NCBI GenBank assembly: GCA_051294375.1
Contig: CM119268.1
Location: forward strand, 14,023,037 to 14,087,036
Origin: Paraspadella gotoi
Lineage: Eukaryota > Animalia > Chaetognatha
Direction of reading: 5' to 3'
DNA: 64,000 bases
Below, one piece after another: positions 42,201 to 55,054 of this stretch. Positions within the stretch are counted from its first letter, which is position 1. Each line of letters starts with the position of its first letter. Under the pieces are notes generated by a model. The model was not told where the DNA came from. It ran no database searches and saw only the letters and a program-made list of their open reading frames with translations. The position numbers were made by a program, and so were the translations under genes.

Positions 42201-45200
42201 CCTTGATCGATCACTGCAACCTCCAAAATATGTTCCGGCTGCGCTTCCCGGTCCAATTTCCTATCAGTCGTTGTAATAAATCCAGTCCGCTCATCAAGGG
42301 AAAAAAATCCCTGAGGATTTCCCTTGAGAATCTGGAATCTCAAATTTCGACTCCCGCCACCCGCAATATCGTCGCGGTCGGTTGCAGTGATGCGAACAAC
42401 GGGTGTGTCGGGCGGTGAGTTCTCGAGAACGTGAGGGTAGTAAACAACCTCTGAAGTCTGCGGCACATTGTCATTTACGTCAACTACTTCGACGCATACC
42501 TCGATGGTACTGAAAAGAGGAACGGCGCCGCGGTCTTGGGCGTAGACCGTGAGCCAGTAGAGACGTTGTGTTTCTCGGTCCAAAATCTCGTTGGTGCGGA
42601 TGACGCCGTCATCTGCGTCGATGGTAAAACGGCCTAATCCATTGCCATCGCGGATTGAGTAAGTGATCTTGGAGTCGCCGCCCGGACCGTCGGCGTCAGT
42701 CGCTTTAACCTTGAAAAGAAGAATAATCATTAAGGCCAAAAAGTCAAGTAACAAAGTAACAAAAAAATAGAGGAATTCTAAAAAAATTGTTTCAATAAAA
42801 TTTAGTGATGCAGACAATGAGGCGAGCCTTAAATTATGACGTTATATCATAGAGTTCTGTATTACGAATGTCTTTGTTTCTTCATATACATAATCAATTA
42901 GTAGTAAACTGTCAATAGGTGAAATATATTAAAACATTAAGGTATTTTAATATTTATTAATGTTTAAGCAATGATAAAAACCAATAAAAAGTTGTATAAA
43001 CAAAGTATAATTAGTTTTTAATATTTTAATTGTGGATGGGTCAAAAATGAAAAATCTTTAAAAATCATCATTATCATGCCATAATATTTAAAATTTTTAC
43101 TAATTTTACCTGATAAAACATAAATAATTTTAAAGGGTATTTTTTGTTTCAGTTTTTAGACCTTTTTTGAAAAAGAGAAATTTGAAAAAATGTATTATCT
43201 CCAAAAGAAACTAACATTAAGTTTAAGTTTTCAACTAACCATCGGACAACTCTTATCTCAAAAAATTACTATGTCGTTTATATCTGATATTAAATGAAAA
43301 ATCAAATGTTCAATTATTAAAAAGCAATCAATGCCAATCATAAAGCGACAACCGAATTTCTAACCTGCATGACTTTAGTTCCTATCGGTAGATTCTCCTC
43401 CACGCGGCCCTGCGTGACAAAAGAATCGAACTCGGGAGCAAAGTTGTTCTCGTTGACATCGACGACCTCAACGATGAGCTGGGCCATTGACATGAGTGGG
43501 GGATCACCCTTGTCCCGAGCCTGAATAGTCAGGTTGTACATCTGCTTGGTCTCAAAGTCAAGCCGCTCCGCAAGACGGATCGTGCCCGTCTGCTTGTCTA
43601 TGGCGAATTTTCCCTCATCGCCGTCCTGTTTGAATGGGGTAGGCGGGTAAGGCAAAATGAGTGGGATGATTTGAAGAAAGAGATAAGTTAAAGATCTCTT
43701 AAATGTAATTATTTTAGTCACCAAAGCCCCATTTTTTATCCTAAAACCGTACACTAAAAAGAGACTAGAAATTGTGTTAAGTATTCCTACCTTGATGGAG
43801 TACTTTATGACGCCCCCGGGTCCGGCATCGGGGTCAAATGCTGACACGATCATGACCACCGCGCCAACGGGCGTGTCCTCGAGGACGCGTACGGAGTAAG
43901 ACGGCGGGTGAAAAAGTGGCGAGAAGTCGTTGACGTCCGTCACGTCGATCTTGACAACCGCCACGGCAGTCAACGGAGGGCTGTCGATTGACGAGTCCGA
44001 GGCCTCGATAACCAGAGTATATTCCTTTGAAATGAGGAAAAAAATTTAAATGGGTTAAAACTAACGGCATCGATTTAAAGTATTGAGTAATTGACTGTTG
44101 TATAAAACGATTCATTGCTAATTTAAAATAAATAATATATTGTGGCGAATCCTAAATTCTTGGTGAAACTGAGCTCGTCCCGTGAGTTCCGGGTTGAAGG
44201 AATAAAGCATTAAAAAGATTAAACACGCCAGTGGCAGTGCAGATGCAAAGCCCTGAGCGCCAGCTATCGGAAAATATCTCGCACCCCGGGCATCACATAT
44301 ATCTTCCCATTGCCATAATATGATAAAAAGAGCTGTAATAACTATTAAATTATTAATATGTGATTATGTATAAGTAATAAATATATATATATTGTATAAG
44401 TAAATATGTCTGTAGGTATTTTAAACAATTCGGTTTTTAGTCCGATCTACTTATCATCGATTCCGACTCTATAATTCACTTTGTCGGTCTGTTTTTAAAC
44501 GAATCAGAAGAGGCAGAGACCAAAAAGAGAAGAAAAAGAGAGCGCGACATATAAAGAAATAAAAAAAAAAATATAATTGGTTACAATTAGAAATTGTAAA
44601 AGTGTATAATTGTAAGGAGCTAAAAATTTAGATATAGCTTCTCATCAACAAGATCTTTTAAAATGACAGGTTTCATATCGATTCAAATATTTTTTAGGTA
44701 AATTTCCTTCACACATTTTAAGACTACAATATGCAAATTAGAATATAGTATACTAAATGCTAATTTGCATATTACAGTTAATTATCATGACTAACAGCAA
44801 TATGCAAATTAACATAGTACACTATATTCTAATTTGCATATTGCAGTATTAAGATGTGTGAAGAAAATTTAATCGATATGAAACATGTGATTTTAAAAGA
44901 TCTTGATGATGAGAAACAATATATATCTTCCTACAAATTTACACTTTTACAATCTCCAATTGTAAAAAAAGCGTGATAACGACGACGACGACGTCACAAA
45001 AGCAATAGTAAACGATAATCACGCGAAATTATCTGGCGAGACAAAAAAATTAAAGAATTAATTTATTTTTTAGATACAATATAATTTTTTTCGTTTGTAG
45101 CATTCCGTGACACCGTAACTTTGCAACCGTAAAATTTAGTGAGTTTAATGATAGTCGGTTTTGAAAATCTCGGTTTGGAATATCCTATGATGTAAAATAT

Positions 45201-48200
45201 AGCATTTGTAATGAGTCTTCTTTATCAATTCGATTTTCCAATTTCTTTCTGATGATCAATTAAGGTGAAATGAACAAATTAATCTATACCATTTTTTAGA
45301 GCATACTATACTTTTAATTAAATACTATAATTTAACTAAGTTTTAATTGATTGTAACTTCGTGAAACATTAAAAGTTTATCGACAAATTCAAAGACTTCA
45401 TTGGGGCCGAAAAGTTAATACTTGAGACTTAAATGTAAATGAATTATGAATTATGTAAAAATTGATATCGTCAGATATATGTGATGAGACTAAGAAATCT
45501 TCACAGGAAATGTTATAAACGAAAAAAATCATACTGTATTATAAAAACATGTTGCTACATAAAGAACATAGGTTTTTTAATTAATTAGGTTTTCGAGAAA
45601 ACATCCCATAAAATTAAAAAAGTGTCTGGGAGTAACAAATATTTTTATGAAAAGAAATCCTGAAAAAAATTTCAAAAACCTTGATAGTTTCCCTGTCGAG
45701 TCGATTGGCGACAGCGATGACACCCGTCTTCGAGTCGATAGTGAAATCACGAGTGTCAGTCAAGATGGAATAGCTGACACGAGCGTTTAGCCCTTGATCC
45801 GCGTCCGTAGCGGAAACCTGGAGAATGGTGGCTCCGACCTTCGTAGCTTCCGATATATTAGTTACCACATAAGAGGACTGCTGGAAAACGGGCGGATTGT
45901 CGTTGACGTCCTTAACAACCACATTAAGCTCGTGCCGGGCGCACTTTTGTGGTGAACCCAAATCGCAGGCAGAAATCTCCAAGTAGTACTTGTCTCGAAG
46001 TTCGCGGTCGACAGGGCGCTGAATGGAAAGAATCCCGTAATTCATGTCGATTTTGAAACAACTGTGGTCGTTGCCTCTCTCCACCACGTAGACAATTTTG
46101 CCGTTGAAAGCCTGATCTAAATCGGTAGCACGCATCTCAAGAATGGCGGCGCCGACGCGGACATTTTCTGAGACGACGATCTCCGATGGCAAATCATCTG
46201 CGAAGGCCGGCTCGTGGCGATTGTAGAGAAACCTGTCCGGCATTTCTTGAAGGTCGTCATATATGAGAGGTTTGTTGTTGCGTTCAGCCTCTTGGAGGAG
46301 TTGACTGAGACGCGCCGTGACCCCAGTGGATTTGCAGGAGACGTCAACAGTCTCCACGTTAAGGATGGTTATGTTAATGTGGATCGGATCTGAGTTAAAA
46401 TCTCCATCTGTGGCTATAACTGTCAGAGACCTCAAATCTTCAGGATGTCGACTAAGGTCGCAACTGAGAGTTAACCGCCCGGAAAGACTGTCCAGGCTGA
46501 AACATTTGTCGCGATTCCCCGCCACTATCTGGTAGGATATGATGTCGGAAGTGTCAAAATCTATAGCGGAAACAACGACCAATTGCGTTCCGATTGAAGC
46601 TCGACGAGAGACGTGACCAGCGCATTGATGTTTCTCAAAGACCGGTCGGTTGTCATTCGAACCCCTCACGTCAATCTGCAGGGTAATTTCCGCTTCGCGA
46701 CGATAAGGTTGTCCCCAATCGGAGGCGCGGACGCTGAGCTTGTATGAGCGCCGCATTGACTCGTAGTCAATGATCTGTTTCGTCCTTATGGCGCCGGAAA
46801 AGTGATCGATAACGAACGGCGTGGCGTGTAAGTTAGCGATGCTGTAGGAAATGTAGCCGTTTTCCCCGTCGTCAGCATCGGTGGCTGACACCTTGAACAC
46901 TTCCGTGTCGGCAGGCGTTGCTTCTTCTATCTCGATAATCTTTGGATTATCCGGAGTCGCGCGATCTTGCGGGGGATTTCGAAAGACCGGGGAATTGTCG
47001 TTGCTGTCACGGACTTTGATATTAACGGTCGTCTTCCCGATTTTTCGGTCCCCGCGGTTTCCCTGATCGCGAGCCTCCACAACCAACTGGTACTCATCCA
47101 GTGTCTCGGCGTCCAGCTGTTTTGCGACATATAAAAGTCCCGTAGAAGAATGGATCGCGAAGTGGCCGCGACTGTTGCCGCTGCGGATGTAGTACATAAT
47201 CTCGGCATTCTTTCCCGTGTCCGTGTCTGTTGCGTTGAGAATTATGAGAGGAGTGTTTCTCGGTGCGATCTCATCTACTTCCAAATCGTAGACCCGTTTC
47301 CCGAAACTTGGCGGGTGGTCGTTCTTGTCCATGATTTTGACTCGAATAACTTTGGTAGAAACCTTTTGAGGTCTCCCCTTGTCAGTGGCTCGGATAGTCA
47401 GATTGTAACCGTAAGGATTCGCCTCTCGATCTATGGTCCTGGTAGTCTTGATGTTGAACTCCTTTGGCAAAAGTCCTTCAGAGACTACAAAATGTCTGTT
47501 GGGATCGCCATCGACAATTGCCACGTCGTCAACCTCCCCGTTCCTCCCAGAATCCGGATCAGAAATGTAGAGGATAGCGTAGGTCACGTCCGGCGAAGGC
47601 CCGTGTTCCGCAAGCGCCGGCAAGTGCTTCAGCTGAATGTCGGGAGCGTGAAAGTTGACTTGGACGACGGATACGTCAAGCTTAGCGGTGGACTGTTTTG
47701 AGCCGTCTTCGGCCCTGAACTTGGCCCCTCGATCGCGGGCCAAAATCCGCAGCCGATATTGTCTCTCGCGTGCGTAATCGAGGTGGCGTGTGAGAGTGAC
47801 GACTCCCGTTGTCGGATGGATGGAAAAGACGTCGGTGTCGTCGAGAAACGAGTAGTAAATTTCTCCGTTGACGCCGACGTCCGCGTCGGAGGCAGACACT
47901 TTGATTATAGCCGTGTGCAGCGGCTTATCCTCTGGGACGGAGACCGTGTAGGACGGTAGATAAAAGAGCGGCATTAGATCATTGGTATCGAGCACATTAA
48001 CTACGACCGAGGCAAACGTCTGAAAACGCTCGGTCGGGGCCGTCATGCCGTCGTCGTAGCGGTAGCCGTTGGTAGTATCCACGGACTCGGAGACGTTTGA
48101 TTTTCCTACGGCTTTGACGGTGAGTCGATACTGAGATTGGCGCTCGCGGTTAAGCACTTCATTATTCCCAGTTCTCGTGCGAACGCGCAGGAAGACGAAG

Positions 48201-48916
48201 TCGCCGACTCGTTTCGATTCAGTTTTGAAAAATCGAAATTGATCCCCGGCGACGATGCGGTAGTTAACCTCCACCGACTCATCCGCAAGAAAGATGCCCA
48301 TCTTAACCGTCGATGCCACATAGACGCGACCATCCGAGTTTTCCTTGATGGTGGTGTTGTAGGAGGGCTGAGTGAAAACGAATCCCTGATCGGCCCCGTC
48401 TGGGCGTCGACGCGACGAGGGCGGGCTTCGAACGAACGGAGAATTAGGATCTCCCGACGCCGCCGCATCGGATCGAGGTGCGGAGGAGACGGCGCGAACC
48501 AGCGCGAGGACGACGAGAAGAGCGACGAGGGACGCCCGCGGACCCGACGAAGGTGTGGACGGTTGTTTACGGTGATATGACGGGAAAGACCGCGAGTCCG
48601 ACGACCTGACGGACGAGGAGAGCTGTGTCCGGCGGAGGTCGGCGTCACATCGGGTAAGAGAAGAAGACCCGATAGAGAAGACGCCGACGATCGGACAGTC
48701 AAATTTTTTGGCGGTTCCTTCCAAGAGGATTTCTTTTTCGCAGAGGAGATCCCGGAGTTCAGAGTTTCGCGGAAAAGCATCCTCTTGGTTCATCCAGTTT
48801 TTCTTAAGGCTTCCATCGCGACGCTCCATGATTTTTTTGACGGGAAAGGCAAGGTAAGGCCCGGCTTTGGTTTTTACGTGGGGAGGCGTCGAGAGGAAAC
48901 CTCTGGCTTTTGACAT
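30245..48916 (-). CDS. kug: Fat-like giant protocadherin (FAT1-3/kugelei type), ~5400 aa
   Basis: Exons 48916-45680, 44024-43791, 43625-43365 and 42709-30245 (all phase 0). Long array of cadherin repeats (DxNDN, LDRE), EGF repeats, a single laminin-G domain and a TM helix. The cytoplasmic YHWDTSDW and NASCSDISGLCEIEDSEV motifs and the C-terminal SQV are typical of FAT1/3/kug rather than FAT4. Confidence 0.93.
44221..45048. mobile_element. Composite Helentron/HINE-like element in a Fat intron, containing a long foldback
   Basis: Subterminal CGCCAG (44226) and CTGGCG (45033), a 3' hairpin GATAAT...ATTATC (45014-45033) and an (ACG)n run. The segment TTCCGACTCTATAATTCACTTTGTCGGTC (44461) recurs at 63326. 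Confidence 0.5.
44581..44965. repeat. ~385-bp imperfect palindrome (foldback)
   Basis: The left arm (TTACAATT...CTCATCAACAAGATCTTTTAAAAT...CATATCGATT...TTCACACAT) mirrors the right arm. The centre is itself nested and carries four ATGCAAAT/ATTTGCAT octamers. Confidence 0.85.
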
Positions 48917-49449
48917 GACGCTCCAGTTACTTCACTGCGTCGCTTATTGTTGCATTTTTTATGTGATTTTTTCTTTCCGTGTTAGTTATTTCCTGGAAAT
49001 TTCCCGCGACGTGAAAAACATGTAATTTTGAATTGCACTAAACTTTATCGGTGGCAACGAATGATACCACGGTTCTGGGCATCTTTATGTCATTTTCCTG
49101 GGCATTTTATGGAAAGTGGAAGAGAATCCCTAAAAGAAAACTACAGGCAATTTAACGTGGCAATTATTGCACTTAACAAAAGCGATAAGCTAAAATGATA
49201 ATTAACAATTCCAAAATAAAATATAAATTTGTAATACCTACCCTGTAACTACCCATGACACAAAAATTGAACTAACGAATTCATCGGAAGAGCGGAAGAA
49301 GACGAGATTATTACACTCAGAAGACTTCTGTGGCTGAGGTTTAATAAAATTTAGTATTAAAATGAATAGCTGTAACAAAACAATTCCATCATAAAACGTG
49401 GAAATGAAAAGGTAGGAATTCGCATTGCAATCGCATCGCTCGTGAGTAC

Positions 49450-49940
49450 CAGCCATCTTGGTACGATGCACGTCACAGGCAGCGAGTGAGTATTCACGAC
49501 TAGTGACGTCATCATCGTTGCTCCGAAAGACTCGAACCAATGAGCGACCCCCTTTCCATTTTTTGACGTCATCGTTTCTCCCAGGAATCCTTGCCTCCAT
49601 CTATCGGCCCAGGCACGTCCATGCAACGTCGATGCTCCGACCATGTTTTTCGCCAATGCCGATTCTTCGTCGGGCAAGTAAGAAAAGCTGTAAAATTTAA
49701 AACTCAATGGCACATGACTATCACCGACGAATCAAAATTGAGAAAAAAAAGTCAGGTGCTAAACCTGACGAATCTCTAATCAATATGTTTATCATGTGAC
49801 CAATTTGATGCCCACAGTCAAAATCACGTGAAATCTAATCCAATCACGAAGCTAGAATTACCGTGCAAAAGGGCGCGTGACTTTATGCGGAACGTAGTCT
49901 CATGACAAAAAGTAGAAAAACGGGAAAGCACGTGAGCAAT
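49450..49940. promoter_or_regulatory. Putative bidirectional promoter between Fat-like and CEP78
   Basis: Two perfect CRE palindromes TGACGTCA (49504, 49564), CCAAT boxes (49537, 49840), E-boxes TCACGTGA (49824) and GCACGTGA (49928), and a YY1-like GCCATCTT (49452). Outward-facing 5'UTR intron signals lie on both sides. Confidence 0.55.
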
Positions 49941-50175
49941 GTCAACGAATCAACATCAAGCTTTCCAAACTTTAACAGAGAAAAGAAATGGAAGAAGTAG
50001 TGGATAGCTTCAAAGGTAGGTCGGTGAAATAGGGTAAGTTATTTACTTTACCCTTATGATTTCTCACGCTTTTTTTTCCTATTTAGACCGCAAGAAATGT
50101 TGAAACTGCGAGTTTGAAACTGCGATTTAAAATCGAATAACTTTTATCTGTGGGTAAAATAAACTAACTGAAGAC

Positions 50176-53100
50176 ATGTTGGAAAAGGCTACTCGTCAAC
50201 CTCGAGCTAATTCCGATTTTGAGTCTCAGTACGATACTCTTTGCTACTTAGCCGACTTGGCACCACTACGCAGCGTAAAGAATTCTCTTGGTGCCGACGG
50301 TGCCTTAGACCTCAATGGAGATCAGCTCCGTATTCACGACTGGGCGCCCCTGCTCGACGCTTTCAAGACTAACAAAAACCTTACTTCCATAGCCATTCGA
50401 AGTTCCTTCAAGTCTGAAAACGATGATTTCGACGCATCTCACGGTCAAAATCCCTCGGAACGTATTCCGCCAGTTCGAAGCCGCGACATCACTTACCGTC
50501 TTGCTCTTTCGCTTAAGGACTGTATGACGGTCTCAAATGCGCTCAGCGTGATTCGTCTTCAAGGGATTCCGCTGCGTGAGCGAGATCTCATCCTGTTGGG
50601 TAAAGGTCTTCACGACAATCACTCCGTTACCTTTCTTTCGCTGGAGGGTTGCGGCGTTGGCGACAAAGGAGTGGAAATAGTATGCGCCAACGTGAGAAAT
50701 TTACGGAATTTGAAAATACTGAACTTTTCCAACTGCGGTGTCTCGTGCGTAGGCGCCGAGACCCTTTCTGAACTCGTTCGTCATCAGTCTCTCCGTCGCC
50801 ATAATGACGCTTGGCGCGACAGCCTTCGCTACCGCCGTCCGGATCTTGACGTGATGTCCGGCATAAGGCGCCTTACCCTTAACGGAAACGGCCTCATCGG
50901 GGACGAAGGTGTCCGCATTTTGGCGGAAACGCTTAAGGACGATCTTTGGATTAAAGCGTTGGACATGCAACGATGCGGTGTGACGACTTTTGGCGCCAAA
51001 GTGGTTCTAGACGTCGTTAAGTACAATACTTCCATTGTGGTTTTGGACCTGCGCCGAAACCCCGCCATCGACAGCGACGTCTTGCGAAACGTTATGGAGC
51101 ACGTGCTGATAAACGCTAACGGCAAGGACCAAGAATTTCAGTGGTTGTCAACGACGGATCCCCAGGCTCCGACGATGGGGACGACGCGCGGCGCCGCGGG
51201 TAGAACTCGTCCCGACGCAGCCCGCGTCAAGCAAAAAGACCGACGAGCTTCTTCGAGAGACTCAAAAGGGGCGCCTCGCGTGGCCGAAGCACTTATCGTT
51301 CCCGTGCCTCCGCCACCGCCTCCCCCGTTCGAACACGGCGTTCCTCATCACTCGGCCGAGCGAGCGATGCGTCACGGTTGCTCCTCGCGATTACATCACA
51401 AGTTTCCGCAACATCACGCAGTTAATCATGAAAAGAATCAGGGTTACAGCCATGAATACGTCGTCGACATTGGCGCCAATGGCGAACCAAATCAGATCCA
51501 CCACCAGCCCAATCTCGGTCGGGCCGTACAGTTCTCGGCGCAGGACGAACTATTCTCTCGATCGTCAGGCAGCGAAGGTCTTCCCGTCGCGAAAGGTAGC
51601 GACGAAGGGCGTGACTTGGTTGCCGTCGGACCTCCGAAACCTCCTCGTCAAGGATGGGTTTCGTCGGGTACTGACGAAGCGAACGGGCAACCGCATCCAC
51701 TCGGAGGCGTAGACGCTGGCGAGTTGAAAAAACTTCGCGTGGATTTTGAGCAATGTTGGCGCCATTTGCAGGAGGAAACTAAGGCTCGGCGCCAGGTTTG
51801 TTCTAATTCTTTTTAACTTTTATTATAACAAATTTATATATTTACTTTAATATTTACATTTATTTACTTTCTAGTTTTTATTAGTTGCGCTGCGAGTACT
51901 AGCAGAGCAACTCAATAAGTCTGTGGGTTGATAGCTGTCTCAAGTTGCTTATAACTCAAAATATTATATTTCATTTAATATTTGCTATAAAGTTTAGGTA
52001 TTATATTTATAAGATGTTTCGGGTACATATTAGAGAGGAGTGATGAACAGATTAAGTAATTAAACTTCTTTTTGCCTTTTTTTAGGTACATAAAAAAAAA
52101 TATAGGCGAATATTAGTACAAATTGTATTATGGTAGTATTGTAGTATTGCAGTTATATTTATAACTGCTTACAAATTTAATAATTGTAATTTTTGTTAAA
52201 AATTGACCCTAAATTAAATTTATTTTGTAAAATTTAAATGTTATTCTGGCGGTTTCTAAATAGAATTTATAAAAACATTTTATTGTATTAAATTTTTCAC
52301 TAAGAATAATGGAAATATTTCACATAGACTCGTGTGCAAAATAAACGCGCTACTTTATAAATTAAAATTCCAGATACTTCATAAGAATATATATTTAAAA
52401 AAAAATAAAAATCGATCTGTAAATTTTATAATAATTGGTCAAGTGTTGGGAAAAATAACTGCGATCCTGGATTTAAATACGTTCTGGAGGCTTATGAGAA
52501 ATTGAAGAGAACTAACTTACATTTAATCTTAATTTATTTTTAATTCATCATGACCTTAACTTTAAATAGGTCACATATAGCATTTTTTCTCCTTTTATTT
52601 TTTTATAATTTTAAAATTATTATTTAGGATTCTGTGTCAATACAGTTGTCTAGCTATCTTGCCAGATTATTTTATGTATTTTTTTTATTTTTAATGTACT
52701 ATAAAAATGCATAATATTAGAAATAAAAGTTTGAAATAAATTAAATTTCTTTGTATCTTTAAAGTTGCGCGTTTTTATTGCACATGACTGTGGTTTTTTT
52801 AAAGTTAAAGGCATCAGAATATATATCAAAAATTCAACATTCTCTGAATAAATAAAATTTTTAATGAAATGCTTTTATAAGTTTTTATATTTATAAATAT
52901 ATTATAACAAATATATTATAATATCAATTTGTATTTTTGTTCTCTTCATAATATACTAAAAATATTTTTCAATAAATCCTTAATAAAGCTAATTATCAGT
53001 CTTTAACATCTAAATACTATTTTTGTTCTTATGTGCTCTACTCTAAATAACTCGTTCCGGCAGGCGGAAGAACGAATCGTAGAGTTGACGCTGGAAAACT

Positions 53101-54710
53101 CGAAACTCCAACGCGTCGTTGAGGATCTCGAGGAGAAGGCGAACTCAGTGTTGGACGACGATGCTATCCTCGACTCTATCGAAGCCACTTTCACTAAATT
53201 CCACTCATTTCTCGACCTACTTAAAGAGGTCGGACTGGGACAACTCATTTCCTACGCAGGCATAGAAATTCCTCCCCCAGTCACTCCCAATCAGTCCGTG
53301 GTATTGGGGTCCGATCGTGTCGGCGACGCTTCTTTCGTCAACGGTGTTCCGGCCACCCCCGTCGTCGCCAAGATGCAACTCAACGTCTCCGAGACGACAC
53401 GCAACTTCATGAGCGAGCAAGTGTCCCGCATTCTCCAAGAGTCAGTCATGAAACAACCGCCTCTTGCTAGACACGGATCTCATCATGTTCATCACGACAC
53501 TTCTTTTTCACCGGCGCCTTCCACTGTCGACGCTTCGCTCGAGCTGCCTGGGTTTAACTATCGTGACAAAATGATCTTCCCTCGCCCTTCCGGCGCCGCC
53601 ACCGCTCGACGTCGGCCTCTTTCAGGTCTTGGGGAAGACAGCGCGGCGCGATCTGGCTTCCATCCAATGGTGACTTCGTCTCGAGTTTGGGCGACGCCAG
53701 ACGCGGCGAACTCATCGCTAGAGCTATTGTCTCGGGACCCCATTCTGGCTCGTGGGAACGACCTGGACGTTGAGGGAAGCTTAATCCATTCCGATCAGAA
53801 TAAAGACGAAGATCTCTACGAAAGCCTGCTACGCCGAGCCCAGGAAGCCACAGGTTATCCTTATGCCCCTGCTTTAAGTGATCATCTTGTGGGGACTCGA
53901 GAGCGGGATGATGAATGCGGATTTCTCGCGGCGTCGAACGCCGACGAAACTGCGTTGACGCCTCATTTAGCGGCGCCAAAAGAGTTCGGAGACGTCGAAG
54001 CCGACGGGGGCGCGGGCTCCAGCCTCGATGCAGATAAATCCCCCTCCGCCGAGGAGACTCCCAAGAAAGAGGGGGAAAATACGGTTTTGTCAATGCCGGA
54101 GCTGGAAGAGTACAAAATGGAAGAGGCAAGAAGGAACAAACTTGAAAACGCGTCCCAAATGTTGGAGGAGTTGCCTAAACGCACTGACAATGGTAAAAAC
54201 GCTCATGGTATCTCCACCGACCTACAAGAATTTCGCGAGCGATTTGCGAGCGACATCATTGAGCACTCGAAATCGGCGGAATCGACGAATTGCTTGGGAA
54301 AGTCGAGCCCCGCTTCCTCTCCACATCCGAAGGACGATGTTATCATCAGATCCCCACCAGAATTCGCTGACGACGACGACGACGACGACAAAGAAAACCA
54401 CGAGAGGCACGACCTTAATTCTTTTCTCACTAATGCCAAGGAGGCCTTGCGCAAGACTTCCAAACTGCAGGAACTTTTGGAGGAGAACCGCGTTATCGTC
54501 CCTGAAAGGTCGGGAGAGAGTCTCGCGTCGGAAGTGACCTCGGGTGCCGTTGCTTCTTTGGCCGAGTTGGATGATCTCTCGGCGTCGCCTTTAAGCGTCG
54601 ACGAAGACAATGGAGATAGGACCAAATCGCGTAAAGCATCATCTTCGGTCGCAGACCTCGAGGAAATCCTTTCTGACCCGGATTTTAACGAGAATTATCC
54701 AAAATTTTAG
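50176..54710 (+). CDS. CEP78: Centrosomal protein of 78 kDa (LRR plus coiled coil)
   Basis: Exons 50176-51795 and 53064-54710 (phase 0). Motifs DWAPLLDAFKTNKNL, AWRDSLRYRRPDLDVMSGIRRLTLNGN, LKDDLWIKALDMQRCG and ILDSIEATFTKFHSFLDLLKEVGLGQL. Confidence 0.9.
51881..51950 (+). mobile_element. Fragment of the palindrome-headed element family (related to 10461-10490)
   Basis: Imperfect palindrome AGTTGCGCTGCGAGTACTAGCAGAGCAACT at 51883-51912. Confidence 0.5.
52321..52791. mobile_element. Degenerate MITE in the CEP78 intron
   Basis: Imperfect TIRs GTGTGCAAAATAAACGCGCTACTTTA and TAAAGTTGCGCGTTTTTATTGCACAT. Confidence 0.6.
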
Positions 54711-55054
54711 TAACGACTTTTCAGAATTTACTTTTTTCGATTACATACATTTGAGCATGTCCACGACCGAAACCTTAATTGTTATGATTTTTACTTTTAT
54801 ACCCAAAGTATATTATATACAACATTGTTAAATACCTAATTGTTAACCGATGAAAACAATGTTTAAATCAAAATTACCTACATGCATTCCAGAATATACA
54901 AATCTAAAATAATTATACATAAACTCATTATGATCCAGAGACGATTAAAATAGTTCGCTTTAAAAATATGTATAAGTAGTTAATTCTACGTCTTGGTTTT
55001 TTTTTTTTTTTTACAACTCTCATACTTTTAGATGACGAAATTTACTGTGCTATA

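Noticed and set aside
30268-48780. Many short antisense or alternate-frame ORFs over Fat (and over CEP78, COQ6, TM9SF4)
   Set aside because: Shadow ORFs of long coding exons with no recognisable motifs.
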